A stretch of 64,000 bases of DNA from Heterodontus francisci (GCF_036365525.1 NC_090385.1:48885130-48949129), one strand, 5' to 3'; shown: positions 49,703 to 63,349, numbered from the stretch's first letter. The notes: generated by a model not told the origin, from the letters alone. Program-made: numbers and translations.

Positions 49703-51082
49703 TAAATGACAAAAGGGATGATGATGCAAGGTAAAAGCGGGTGGCAATTGGACAAGTAAAGAAATAAAATATAGGTCTAGAAGAGGTGTAAATGGCAACA
49801 GTAGGATCGTTACGAACAATTGCTGTCTGAAAAAATGGGAGCAACGGTTATGATTTGAAATTGTTGAACTCAATGTTGAGTTGGAAGGCTGTAAAGTACT
49901 TTTGCAAAAGATGAGGTGCTATTCTTTGAGCTTCTTTAAATTTCATTGGAACAGTGTTAGAGGCCAAGGACAGAATGGTCAGAGTGGGAGTGGGACAGAG
50001 AATTAAAATGATAGGCAACCAGAGCTCAGGATCACACTTGTGGACTGAGAAGAGGTGTTTCACAAAGTGATCACCAAATCTCTATTTGGTCTCCCCATTG
50101 TAGAAGAGACTGCATAGTGAGCAGTGAATACGGTATACTAAATTGAAAGAAGTAAACCGCTGTTTCACCTGGAAAGAATGTTTGGGGCCCTGGACAGTGG
50201 GAAGCGAGGAGGTAAAAGTGGAGGTCTTGCACCTCCTGCACTTGCATGGAAAGGAGCCGTGAGAAAGATTGGGGATGTTGGGGATGATTGAAGAGTGGAC
50301 CAGCGTGTTGCGGAGGTCCCTTTGGAATGCTAAAAGAGGAGGGGTAGGGAAAGATGTGTTTAGTGGTGGCATCACACTAGAGGTGGCAAAAATGATGAAG
50401 GATAATCTCTTGAATGTGGAGTGGGGTGGAAGGTGAGAACAAGGGAACCCTATCATGGTCCACCCGCCTTTTTAAGGATTGCTGATTAAGCTGCTGAATG
50501 CCAGTGCATATCGGCAGAATGTCAATAAAATATTACAAGTGGCCCCCTACCTGAAGCAGATGGGTGTTCTGGTTGCCCTTCTCAGGATTCTACCCAAGAG
50601 GGAGTGACTATCCTGCTAGAGTAAATGGGCAGGAAGTGACCAACACTATTTTTAAGCAGCTACCACCTCATTTATACTGGGACGAGGCACTTCAAATTGG
50701 TCCCAATCAGTGTGAAATACTCATTGTAGGTTAGTTATCTGGAATTGCATTCATCCACATGCAGGCATCCAGGTGCAAGAGGATCACATAACAAAGGGAA
50801 ACAATTCAAGCAGAGTGGCAGCCTTGATGGTTTATCGCTGAACATAGAGTTAAGCAATGGGCCAAAAGACTGTTTCTCTCGCTTGCTTTCTATATGTCCC
50901 CCTCCCAAACACCAGAACGGCAGAGCAAACTCACTTCTTGTAATGTAAACTTTGAGATCAACTAGCTTGTGTTTCCACATAGAATGGTGACTAAATTGCA
51001 TTATTATCATTTATCATGCAACAAGGAATGACTAGAATTCTTGAGATTTCACTGTTCAGTCATCTATTTTATTTTGGTCTAC

Positions 51083-51412
51083 AACAGTGGCGCAGTGGTT
51101 AGTACTGCAGCCTCACTGCTCCAGCGACTCAGGTTCAGTTCTGGGTACTGTCTGTGCGGAGTTTGCAAGTTCTCCCTGTGACCGCGTGGGTTTCCACCAG
51201 GTGCTCTGGTTTCCTCCCGCAGCCAAAGACTTGCAGGTTGATAGGTAAATTGGCTATTGTAAATTGCCCCTAGTGTAGGTAGGTAGTAGGAGAATGGTGG
51301 GGATGTGATAGGGAATATGGGATTAATGTAGGATTAGTATAAATGGGTGGTTGTTGGTTAGCACAGACTTGGTGGGCCAAAGGGCCTGTTTCAGTGTTGT
51401 ATCTGTAAATAA
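51083..51412 (+). mobile_element. HE1-like V-SINE
   Basis: acagtggcgcagtggttag head, V-domain and CR1-like tail. Confidence 0.9.
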
Positions 51413-51744
51413 AATTTAAAAAAGACTGTGCCCTCACTTGGTATTGTCTTTTCAATCTACATTCCATAAAGACTGGAAACACACATGCAAGATTACTGTG
51501 CACATTACAAGGGTTCAATATTACAATTCCCAGGTCATGCTAACATTTAACTAGATATTGGGTAGTAAAGGTCCACCCCTGATCATAGGGGACTAATCTG
51601 CTTACTTGACTACTATCCTGGACCTCAGAATAGCTGGCACAAAACCTGCAAAATTGTTCAAATATGTATTTTCTACATGACCATTCTCATTCCTCAATGT
51701 AGCATTTTTCTTCAAGTTGGACACCTTCTTTAAGCTATCCACTC

Positions 51745-54700
51745 AAGGCTCTGTATCTGAATGCACATAGCACGTAGCATTCATAACAAAGTAGACGAGC
51801 TGCTAGTACACATTGAAGTAAATAAATACGATCGGATAGCCATTATGGAGACGTGGCTGCAGGATGACAAGGACTGGGTCCTCAATATTGAGGGTATATA
51901 ACATTCAAGAAGAATAGGACACTACGTAAAGGTGGAGAGGTAGCACTGTTAGTCAAGGATGGAATTGGTGCAATAGTAAGAGATGACCTTGATTCAGGAG
52001 ATCAGGATGTAGAATTGACTTGAGTGGAGATGAGGAATAGTCGGGGAAAGAAGTCACTAGTGGGAGTGGTCTACAAGCCCCCTAACAGTAACCACAATGT
52101 AGGACGAAGTATCCAAGAAGAAATATTGGGTGCGTGTGATAAAGGGACGGCAACAATCATGGGTGATTTTAATCTACAACTAGAAAATCAGATTGGCAAT
52201 AGTAGCCTGGATGAGGAGTTCATAGAATGCTTTTGAGATAGTTTCTTAGAGCAGCACATCCTGGAACCAACCAGAGAGCAGGTTATATTACACTTGGTAT
52301 TGTGTAACGTGACAGGATTAATTAATGACCTCAGAGTAAAGGCACCTCTAGGTATCAGCGATCACAATATGATTGAATTTTGAAAGAGAGAGGAGTGGGT
52401 CTAAGACCAGTATTTTAAACTTAAATAAGGGCAACTATGTGGGCATGAAAGCTGAGCTAGCTGAAGTGAACTGGGTTACTAGGCTAGGAGATAGATCAAT
52501 AGAGAAGCAGTGGCAGACATTTAAGGGGATATTTCGGAATACTCAGAATAAGTATATTGCTAATATAAAGAAAAATTCTAATGGGAAGATCCAGCATCTG
52601 TGGTCAACTAAAGAAGTTAAGGAAACCATCAAACTTAAGGAAAAAGCATGTACTTGTGCAAAGATGAATGGCAGGTCAGATATCAAGAACGGCAGAGAAT
52701 GACTAAAAGGTTAATCAGGAGAAAGAAATTAGAGTATGAGAGGAAGCTAGCTAGAAATGTAAAAACAGATAGCAAGAGGCTCTCCAGGTATTTAAAAAGG
52801 AAAAGAATAAGTAAAGTGAGTATTGGTCCTCTAGAGAGTGAGAATGGGGAGTTAATAATAGATAATAAGGAAATGGCAGATGAAATGAACAAATATTTTG
52901 CTTCTGTCTTCATTATAGAGGATACAAAAAACAGTAATAGCTGTAAATCAGGAGGTGCAAGGAAGAGAGGAACTTGGTGAAATTACAATCACCAGGGAAG
53001 TGGTACTAACCAAACTGATGGTGCTGCGGGCTGACAAATTGCCAGGTCCTGATGGACTTCATCGTAGGGTCTTAAAAGAGGTGGCTAATGAGGTAGTAGA
53101 TGCGTTGGTGTTAATTTTCCAATATTCGCTAGATTCTGGATAGGTTCCATCAGACTGGAAAGTAGCAAATATAACCCTCTATTCAAGAAGGCTGGGGGGA
53201 GGCAGAAAACAGTTAACTATTGGCCAGTTAGCCATGTCTGTCATGGGGAAGGTATTAGAATCAATCATTAAGGAGGCTATAGCTGGGCACTAAGAAAAAC
53301 ACAAGGTAATCGGGAATACTCAGCATGGTTTTGTCAAAGGGAAATCATGTTTAACCAATTTATTGGAGTTCTTTGAAGGAGTAACATGCGCTGTGGATAA
53401 AGGGGAGCCCGTTGAACTACTATACTTGGATTTCCAGAAGGCATTTGACAAGGTGCCACATAAAAGGTTATTGCACAAAGTAGGAGCTCTTGCTGTAGGG
53501 GGCAGCATATTAGCATGGATAGAAGATTGGCTGGCTGGCAGAAAACAGAGAGTATGCACAAATGGGTCCTTTTCTGGTTGGCAGGATGTGACAAGTGGAA
53601 TTCCGCAGGGGTCTGAGCTGGAGCTTCAACTATTTACAATTTATATCAATGACTTAGATGAGGGGAGGGATGGCATGGTAGCTAAATTTGCAGATGACAC
53701 AAAGTTAGGTAGGAAAGTATTGTCAGGCAAGCCCCCCACCTGCCAAGATGAGGAAAAATTAATTTCGTCACATGAACATTGATTTTAAACTAATGTTGGT
53801 GAAGAAAGTACTTGCTTTAAAAAAACAATTGGAAACTTTGGCTGGAGAGAGACATTAGCATATCAACAGACAAGTACATCAAATGACAAAGGAGCTATTC
53901 CCTGCTCCAATTTAATCCACAATGGACTTTTGATTACCAGACGTTGAGGTGGAAAGGCTAGCATTCCAGGTTAACTGCTAAGATGGCCAAATGCACAAAC
54001 AGACGTGGTCGGACCAGTTTGGTCACATGACTGGCTGGCTGTTGGAGTTTTTGAATTTGAACTTCCAACAGGGATTTTGAACTCAGAAGGCTGTTAGCAT
54101 CTGGTCTGAGAACACCTCTCTCCTGTCTGCTCTCATCTCGCTCTCACCAGCTTTGGAAACCATTGAAGACATATGAACCCCAAGAGAGAAAAGTCTCCCA
54201 CAGTGACACCTTTCTCACCTGGTTGTAACAAGAATACTGTGCCCCAACGAAAAGCAAGATTACTTACAATCAAGGACCCTACAGTGAGCTCGAAGCACAG
54301 TAAAAACCTCTCTTTAGAGATTGCCTCAAACCTTTCCATTTTATTTTTCTTCTGCTCTTTTCTGTCCCTATTTGCCTGTGTGTATCGCGTGTGCATGCTA
54401 GCGTGGGCGCGTCGTATATCCATAAGCGTTAACCGTATTAGAGTTTAAGTTTAGATAAAATTTCACTTTTCTTCTGTAAACCTAAGAAGGCCTGTTTATG
54501 TTCATTTCTTTGCCTTATGATTGGAAAGTGGTGAATAAGGATTCACCAAGGGGAAGCTCAAAACACAGTGTGTTTAAAATCTAACCCTGTTACAATAAGA
54601 CCAGGTGAAGACAGTAAAACACACCTAGCCACCTTTCTCACCTGGTCGTAACAGTATGTTGTGAAGAGGACATAAGGAGGTTGCAGACCGATATAAATAG

Positions 54701-55560
54701 GTTGAGTGTGTGGGCAAAAATCTGGCAGATGGAGTATATGTGGGAAAATGTGAAGTTGTTCACTTTGGCACAAAGAATAAAAAAGCAGAGTATTTCTTAA
54801 ATGGGGAATGACTGCAGAATTCCGAAGTGCAGAGGGATCTAGATGTTCTAGTGCATGAGTCACAAAAGGTTAGTATGCAGATACAGCAAGTAATAAAGAA
54901 GGACGGAATGCTATCTTTTATTACGAGAGGAATTGAAAATAAAAGCCAGGATGTTATGCTTCAGTTATACAGGGCTTTGGTGAGACCACATCTTGAATGC
55001 TATGTGCAGTTTTGGTCTACTTATTTAAGGAAGGATGTGACTGCGTTGGAGGCCGTTCAGAGAAGTTTTATTAGATTGATACCTGGAAAGAGCAGGTTGT
55101 CTTATGAGGAAAGGTTGGACAGACTGGGCTTGTTTTCACTGCAGTTTAGAAGAGTGTGGGGAGACTTGATTGAAGTATATAAGATCCTGAACAGTCTTGA
55201 CAAGGTGAATGTGGAAAGGATGTTTCCTCTTGTGGGTGAGTCCAGAATTAGGGGGCACTGTTTGAAAATTAGGGTTCGCCCTTTTAGGACAGAGACGAGG
55301 AGAAATATTTTCTCTCAGAGGGTTGTGCGACTTTGGAATTCTCTGCCTCTGAAGGTGGGGGAGGCGGGGTCATTGAATATCTTTAAGGTGGAGGTAGATA
55401 GATTCTTGTTAGGCAAGGGAATCAAAGATTATCAGGGGTAGATGGGAGTGTGGAATTCGAGACAGAAACAGATCAGCCATGATCTTATTAAATGGTGGAG
55501 CAGGCTCGACGAGCTGAATGGCCTACTTCTGCTCTTAATTCATATGGTCGTATGGCCGTA
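51745..55560 (+). mobile_element. CR1 LINE, near-complete ORF2, interrupted by a solo LTR
   Basis: APE pieces (IAIMETW, VGVVYKPP, MGDFN) and RT (YLDFQKAFDKVPH, FADDTKLGRKV| LTR |CCEEDIRRLQ), then the 3' tail. Confidence 0.95.
53721..54653 (+). mobile_element. Solo LTR related to the Gmr1-like element at 16390-21814
   Basis: TGTCAGGC...CCTGGTCGTAACA, homologous to the reverse complement of 20933-21814. 4-bp TSD GTAT (53717-53720, 54654-54657). Confidence 0.93.
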
Positions 55561-56741
55561 TGCTTGACTCTGGGTTCATTGCCAGAGCAATGGCCTCCTA
55601 ATGCTTGTCTGATCGTCTGATTACTAAAAGACTGGCTTTCTGCACCTTCATTGCTTCACTCTATTAACTTTGAGCAGCAGATCTTCATCAGTATATCTCA
55701 GTTTCCACTATCTACTCTGTTCATCGTTTTGTGAAAGTGTGCACTCCACAGCTACAATAGCCCATTGCATGTATTAATACAAGTTAAGAGACTAGTTAGC
55801 TAGCCAGATAGTTCAGCAGCATTCTTTCAGATTATTCTGAATTAGCTACAGAGTACATACAATAAAATAGTGCATTTCTGTGAAGGCACTAAAATTTAAC
55901 TTCCAATTAACACACAATTTTTACATCTAACTAAGTGAAAAAGCATTGATTCTGTGTAGCACCATCCAAAGTTCTTTGGGAGAGGGGAGATGGGAAGCGG
56001 CAGATCTATCCCAGATCCAAGGAAACCCCCAACATGTGCAATTCCTCTCGTACTCATCAATGCTGTGATTCGCAGAAGAAAAAGGCAAAGCTGCAGCCCA
56101 CAAAGATTCATCTAGACCATTAGCAAATTCAGCAGAAAGCTCTTACCTAGAGAGTGTTATTAAGCTGATGTGATGAATTCACTGAAAAATTACACCATTT
56201 AAATGCTATTAAAACCCAGTTGTTCAAAAGGGCTTGCAGCACTGTTTCCTAGGATTGTGCAAACCTAAAGTGAGTCTGAAGCTGATTTGAAGTTGCAGCC
56301 CCCTCCATGTGAAATGGGGTTACATTACAAAGATGGTCCCCATAATAGACATCACCGGAATGGCCTAGCAGGGAGAGAAACTTGCCTATGCTAGTGATAA
56401 AGCTGACATTGTTAAGTAGTAAAATAAATTTATGGTCAGTCCATTATTTTCTTATATTAAAAAACAGGACATTTTGAAAAATGTACTGTCCCTCAACTTT
56501 CTTCTTGTAAATGCCACCTGTAAACACATTTTGTAAGGATGGCTATAACTAAATTCTGTAAAACATCAATAGTTTGACACAATGATGCTGATGCTTGACG
56601 AATTATCAGAGCTGTTACCTCATTGCTTCCTGCCAATTTTGTTAAAAATGTTGGCTGAATAGTGAATTGTGATCTGATTGAAATTTAACTTTGAAACTTG
56701 AAAGCTTTGAAAATGCAACCAAAATCTGATAATGGTGTTAC

Positions 56742-57701
56742 CTGAACCTTCTTGTGGTTGACTACGAGGACACTCTTCAGCTGCAGCCAAAGCTTCCAGG
56801 GCCTGGAGTGTGGAAACCAGAGCATCATCCAGTTCCTGGGCCCGGTGTCTGACAGTCCTTGTTTTAACACCATCAATTAGTGACACTGGGATGTCATTGA
56901 AGAGTATCTCACAAGGCTGTTGACTGGACGTGAGGCTTTGATTGGTCCTTCGCTTGGAGTCATCTTCATCTGAACTATTATCCCTGAAACCTGGTGGTGG
57001 AGCAGCCAAAGTGGGAAGTAGAGAATGGCATTCATCTCCTTCATGTTCCTCATCACTTCCTGGCAGAGGGAGAGTTGTCAGGTCAACCACGTCATCCCGG
57101 TAATTGCAAGGGTTTAAGGATTTTTCTGTACTGCTTCTTTTGGGAATAATATTGCCTTTCATTTTGACCTTACAAGCATCACAAAGCAAGTCATCATTTT
57201 CCTTGATAACTATGGGAAGGATCTTAGCACTGTTCACTTTTGATAACTGCATTGGGATTTTCGGACAAATACATCTATGGTGGTCAGTGGTGTAAGCAAT
57301 TGCCATTTTCAGTTGGCTGTCCAGAGTGTTAGCTCTCCCCCGGCTCAGAAATCCTTGATGCCCAGAACCACTTCTGATGTCAGAGTTGCTTTGTCCAGCT
57401 TTTGAAGTATTTGGTGTGGGATCAGACTTTGTCCTCGGTCTTGACTCCTCAAAGAAGATGAGGTTTTCATTAATATCGATTTGATTTTCAAATTCCTTTC
57501 TTCTTTCTTGCATTTGTAAAAAGTGAAATCTTACCAGATTGGACTCTGGGGAATTTGCCATCAGATTGCATGGAATCTTAGACTCATTGTGGTGTGGGAG
57601 ATTGCGAGGACAACTTGCACCTCTTCCCTCAGTTTTTAGTACAGGACCTGATGACGAAATAGTCCATTCTGGTTGCAGAATGTTTGGTATATTTCTGTAG
57701 T
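56742..57701 (-). CDS. FRMPD3: FRMPD3 penultimate coding exon (960 nt, phase 1-1)
   Basis: Acceptor ttttccttttcattaacAG|AC TAC AGA at 57701 and donor TCA G|GTAACA at 56742/56741. Open frame contains ENLIFFEE, the Homer-type motif PPPGFRD and ELDDALVSTLQALEALAA. Splices in frame to the 40268 exon (G+GT = Gly). Confidence 0.92.
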
Positions 57702-60700
57702 CTGTTAATGAAAAGGAAAAATATCATCATCTTCAATAATAAATTCTGCTTTTTTTGTCTTCATGAAAAAAATGTTTGTTTTTTTTCATCTGTTTCAGAA
57801 GGAAGAAGAGAGTAGATTTTAATCTTATCCACCTGGCAGAAACCAGGCAGGTAAGCAGTTAAAATCCATCGAATGACTTTCCTTGGCAATTTTGCTGCAC
57901 CCCTGTTGTAACTTTGGCAGGAGTTTGGTAGAACTGCTTGAAAAAAGGCTGGAACCTGAATACCCTGGGTCCTCACCTTAGCGTGGAAATCACAGTCAGC
58001 CTTGTAATAGGTGGAGCCTTCACATCTCCCTTGCTAGGCCACACAGGTAAGAAGGGACAGGGCTAGTATGGAGCTCCTGACATTGGGGGTTCCTGCTCCC
58101 AACCCCATAAGGGACTTGGTGTATGACTGAAGATTGATACAAAATGTGACGCGTACTGGCATTCAGTAGGGTCGAAGATGGCTCCACAAAGGGGGAGGGG
58201 CTGTTTAGACCAGGGAAGTGGTCTGGATCTTCAAAAATGGGTAATAGTTTTCCAGAAAATTTTGGATTATGTACCTGGGAGCCAAAGGGAGGTGCAATGT
58301 GGTCTTAGAGGGAAGCCTAGGCATCTCTCCTCCAAAATGAAAGTTTTAGACAGCATGTGGAAGATGGGAGGTCAAGATGAGTCCGTAGCAGTCTGGGTGC
58401 CCGTTGGCCCCATGCAAATGAATTGCTCTCCCATTACCCTACAAATGTTGGTGAGGTCAACGCTGGAAATTACAATGCTAACGTAACTTTCAGGATTAGA
58501 TCCTATGCTTTTTTGGGGCCTGTGTTGACTGGGCACAGGTCATTACAATGCTCTTGGATTGCACTGCATGTCATTTTTCTGTTGGTACACTGTCCCATTG
58601 AAGGTGACGGGCACATCCCTGATATGCATAGATGTGATAAGAAGCAGCACAATTCAAGAGGAATACTGCACATTTCATTAAAAATATATCAAATATATAT
58701 CAATATATGCATATCAATATATATTTTGAAATAGTTACATGACGTATTTCACCAGTACCAAAAACTACACTGGGACAAAACTAAATCTAATAGAATGGCA
58801 GTTTCACAACATCTGAAAAACTTACATTATAAAATGTGTGTGTATAGCATACTAATGTATGTGGAGGCACCATGTGTTCATTTGTGGTTGTTCGCCTCAC
58901 ATCAATGAGCAGTGTAATATGTGTAAAAAACTCACTTCATTTTGCATTACATTAATTTATAATTCTGAATTGCCGCAATGAATATGGATGCAAGTTCAAT
59001 ATTTATGTGAATAATTTATCAATCATTAATGGCACATTTCCAACCATTCTCTACATGAATATATTAAAGATAGCAGAGCCTACAGAATGAACAAAAGCAC
59101 CACAAATGATTGAACATTTAAGGATGCTGAAATTTTCAAATCTACATATGAAGTGGATTTGAAAAACTAGCACTAAAGGTAATGAAGACATTCAGGACAG
59201 AAATTAGAAAAATAAATTTCTTTACTTCAAGGGTCAGATAAATATTTCAGGTAAAATAAATGTTGTAGTTAAAAATCAATACACACATCATTGTATTTAT
59301 CTAATATCGTATTTGTAAGTAATTATTATTTCAATTTCTTTCAGTTTCAGTCAATACTTTGTTGGCCTGTGTTTTGATTGCCAAATATTTTAACATTTTT
59401 CCTTTATTCTGTACAATATTTGCAAATTCATAGAAGTCCTGGTCACTTCCTTAACAAATATCAATGTAAAGAATATTAAAAGAAAGAATACTATAGCAGC
59501 AATGTATAATAGTTTATCATGATCTGAGCTCTAATAGAATTAGATTACAGAGTATTGGCAACAAGCTTTGGAAGAACCCATCACTTGACTGGTCTTCCAC
59601 AGGATAGAAGTCTGGATTGGGAATCACGTCAGTTACAGAAGAACTAGTCCCCACCCCCACTCCCCACACTAAGTCCCCATACCAAGGAACTTTCAAGAGA
59701 GCTTTTATTGGAATTACTTGGAGTTTCATGGAAGAAGATGAATGGGTTCAAATCAACATGGTAACCCGATTGACTGGAAAGCTAACCAGCTCTATCAACT
59801 GTGCTTAACCCAAATGCATAATATTATGTTAGGTGACTATATTGGGTGGGGTTTTAACACTGGACTCCAATTTGGCGCCGATGGGCAGGTTGATCCTCCT
59901 CCACCTGATGAAAAATATGTGAGTCTCAAACCATTTTGATGGTTGGGTCTCATTAGCCTATGATAGGCGAGCTGCCTATGAGTTTTCTGAAGTAAAGGGG
60001 ATGCTCATCAATGACGGGGGTGGAATTTCAGGCAGGCCTGGTCTCAAATATCAGTGAGCATATCAACATGCTATTTTTAAAACTTTCTGTTAGTATACAA
60101 TTTCTTGAGCTTGAAAGGTTGGCCACACTTGCAGTAAGGAATCAAAATGCCAGATTGTTTTTGTGCAGTAGGGATAGCCTTTTGTAATTTTAAAATCTTC
60201 AAAATTCCACTTGTACTGACTATTTTTGCAGACCCTCTCTGAAATAAGAGGCTTTTCAGAAGATCTTTCTGTAGCAAAACCTTAGATTTTGATTCCCTTT
60301 CATTTCTTTTAATGTATCTTGTTGTGGTTCACTTTGATGAGATTACTGACTTGTATACAGTTGACATCATTGTCAGGTTATGAATGAAACATAATGATAT
60401 CAATGCCAGGAAATCATTAACAACTGTGCATCATTACAAAAAGCCACTTAAAATAATTTGATGAAAAATCTACTATAGAATGCAATAGATTGCCCTTTAT
60501 ACATTGTGATTTACCTCACAGGCTCTCTCATGTGAATAAATGCTCCAGGCCATTTTTCTATCCATGACTAAAATCTATATTGGATACTGCCTATGTAAAC
60601 CACCAGCAGAAGGACAAAACTACAGTGCAACAAGTTTAAAACAGGCAGCTTTGATTTTAAATATATGCATTGGAATTTTTATGAGAAAAAATTGACAGGA

Positions 60701-60862
60701 GATGTGCACAGCTGTAAGGTGTTAAATATATTATAGATAAATAATTGTCACAATTTTTGAATTTGTATTGTTTCAATATTTATATGATATAAACCCAGAT
60801 AAGCGACTGGTCAAACTTGGATTTGAACTGAACTGTCAGGTTCTTCGGTTTAAAGTAAACCT

Positions 60863-61114
60863 TTCTCTTCTCTCTCTCTTTGGTCTCCTTGTCTCAAGAG
60901 ACAATGGGTAAGCGCCTGGAGGTGGTCAGTGGTTTGTGAAGCAGTGCCTGGAGTGGCTATAAAGGCTAGTTCTAGAGTGACAGACTCTTCCACAGGTACT
61001 ACAGATGAAATTGGTTGTCAGGGCTGTTACACAGTTGGCTCTCCCCTTGCGCTTCTGTCTATTTTCCTGCTGACTGCTAAGTCTCTTCAACTCGCCACAC
61101 TTTAGCCCTGCCTT
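60863..61114 (-). mobile_element. RTE-clade LINE 3' end
   Basis: C-terminal FICSTCGRVCHSRTSLYSHSRHC motif typical of RTE ORFs, a (GA)n tail, and flanking TAAACCT repeats (60856-60862, 61115-61121). Confidence 0.8.
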
Positions 61115-61797
61115 TAAACCTGTTAAAACAGAGTTTGCCAACTCAAATCTGATGAACATCATTGTTCTTTTGTAAACAAGGTGGTTTCTGAATCTTTGTG
61201 TGTTGTGTCACTCATGCTGGGGTGGTTTCATTGCACTTAAAAAAGTCACATGATTCAAGATTTCATAACATGCTGGGACTTGCTGGACCTAACTTTTCTG
61301 CCTCCTACTGACCCAATGTAGTCAAGCAATGTGCTTTATGCAAGTGCCTGACTTGACCTTGCCGAACTCATCCATTATTCAAGGTTCAGCTGTTTTAAGT
61401 ATCTTGGGTGAATACTGGGTGATAACTAGTGCTTGTTTCAAATCAGGACAGGAACGTTTTGTACTGCCTCAGTCCTTAAGGCCCTTAGTAGCATTAACTG
61501 CCAGTGGAATGGAGGCCTGCTGAATTATAAGAGAAATAGCAGTAGCTCAGAAGAGCACCTTAAAATGAAGATTGCAGGAAGAGAGCATTGGTAGATAACT
61601 TTTCTGTGTGATTTTAATTGTTCATCCACCTGGTTTCCAACCAGAAATCCATGATGGCCATAAAAGGTTTAAGCGACATCTTTTTCCAGGCCCATGGGGA
61701 ACATTCTTGAGAGGAAGGCCATTTGGTTGCTATTTTTGTACAGTAGCCCAAAGGTTCCAGAAGGAAGACTGAGGGAAAAATATAATAATGTCCTTGA

Positions 61798-61932
61798 CAT
61801 AGAAACAGAAAGTGCTAGAAATAGATCTGGCAGTATCCGTGGACAGAGAAGTCTTTTTCCCTCTCTACAGATGTATTTCCAGAATTTTCTGTTTCTTTTT
61901 CAGATTTCTAGCATTTACAGTATTTTGCTTTG
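61798..61932. mobile_element. Penelope-like terminal repeat fragments, inverted
   Basis: aacagaaagtgctagaaat ... cagatttctagcatttacagtattttgcttt. Confidence 0.6.
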
Positions 61933-63349
61933 ATATGTTGAGAGTGCCATGTTGGTTAAGGGCCACAGTGTTGGGTGCCAGCAGCCAGTAAAGAGGTGGC
62001 CTCTGACGTATTGCCATTTAAAAAAAAAGTGGTACGATATTAAAGTCCTCATTGAAGAATTTGTTTATCTGGACCTCCTAAAAGGAGGGCTGCACATTAA
62101 TGGCAGCACTACACCAAACAGAGGCCCACCTTTAGACTGAAAATTCAAATATTTGAAGTAAGGCTTGATTTAATTGTCTATTAAAACTGGGCATTCAGTA
62201 TCTGGAGTACTGTTTAGTTTTCTCAGCTGCATTATGGTGAGCCTCCTAATTTGAATTAAATTTGAGGCTTTAGCCTTGCATATAATTAATGTGTAGGCTC
62301 CCATGATATAAGTGCTTCCCTCCTGTATCTGCCTGTGCTCAGCACAGCAGTTGTGGAGTAGCCTAAGGTTTCTGTGCCCAGTAATTTTGGAGATCTTTTG
62401 CGAATACTCTACATTGGTTTGGACATCGTGAGCTGTGAGACAATTACACTGTCTTGCATTAATACAAAGGTAACCTGGAAAGTGTTGAGTGGAAATATTA
62501 TTTTAAGATTTGTAATGAAGTGTATGTAATGACATGATCAGTACAGCAATTGCTTTGTTTCATCACAATTGCATCAGGTCAAGAGTAATTTTTCACTTTC
62601 ATCAAAAATTAAGGAAAAGAGAAAAACAAGAAGCTAGAATTAAATGCACCAGCCCATGTGGTACAGAACCATACAAACAGTGAGGCCCTAGGTTCAATTG
62701 CTAGTCTGTGCTGTGATAGGTAATCTCAGCAGGGATGTGAAGCAACACTACATTTGGCAGGTAGAGGGGAAAGTCAATCAAGGGTTTCCACCTTGGCCAT
62801 TATTCTGCAGTCCCTGCTGGAAGGGTGTATGTGTGAATAGCAGTAAGAACTGCACCAGGCTCAGCTGTGAAGTACCTAACTGTCAAGTAGTCTGACAACA
62901 CTCATTGTCCAGGCTCATTTGAAGAATGCCCACTTGCAAGAGGTACCAATGAGCTGCTGGCGGCTGGAAATTTTACCACAGCATGAATCAGGAGGGGAGA
63001 AAACACAAGAAGCAGGCAAAATGCCAAGATTTTAGCAGAATCTTTTAGAGCACTCTCTGTCTGTTCCAGACACCTAACCTGACTCTCTCACCAAAACTTC
63101 TTTCTCAAAAACTAGTTAAAAGCCAATAAAGTAGTGTTAATGTATTGAAGTTACAAGTTGGCCATCATCGATAGAAAAACACAGTCAGAGTAAGCTTTGG
63201 TGATACTGGGGGAGGTGGGGTGAGTTGGGGGTTAAAACAGTCCTCTAGGTAGGCAACATGCAGACTGTAACACGTGCACATAATGCAGACACACAACATT
63301 CTTACATTTTCCCACACTGTACTGATTCTGTTGATGCTGGAAAGAAAAG

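Larger units (their letters stand above)
47335..50460 (-). mobile_element. Penelope-like element split by a Harbinger element (pieces 47335-47586 and 49703-50460)
   Basis: Collinear with 11113-12535. GIY-YIG relic NLVYRIHCSLCSLFYNGETK and LNIEFNNFKS. Confidence 0.85.

Noticed and set aside
56620-56741. C-terminal extension of the 313-aa ORF (GNTIIRFWLHF...)
   Set aside because: Read-through past the canonical GTAACA donor into the intron; the spliced frame continues in the 40268 exon.
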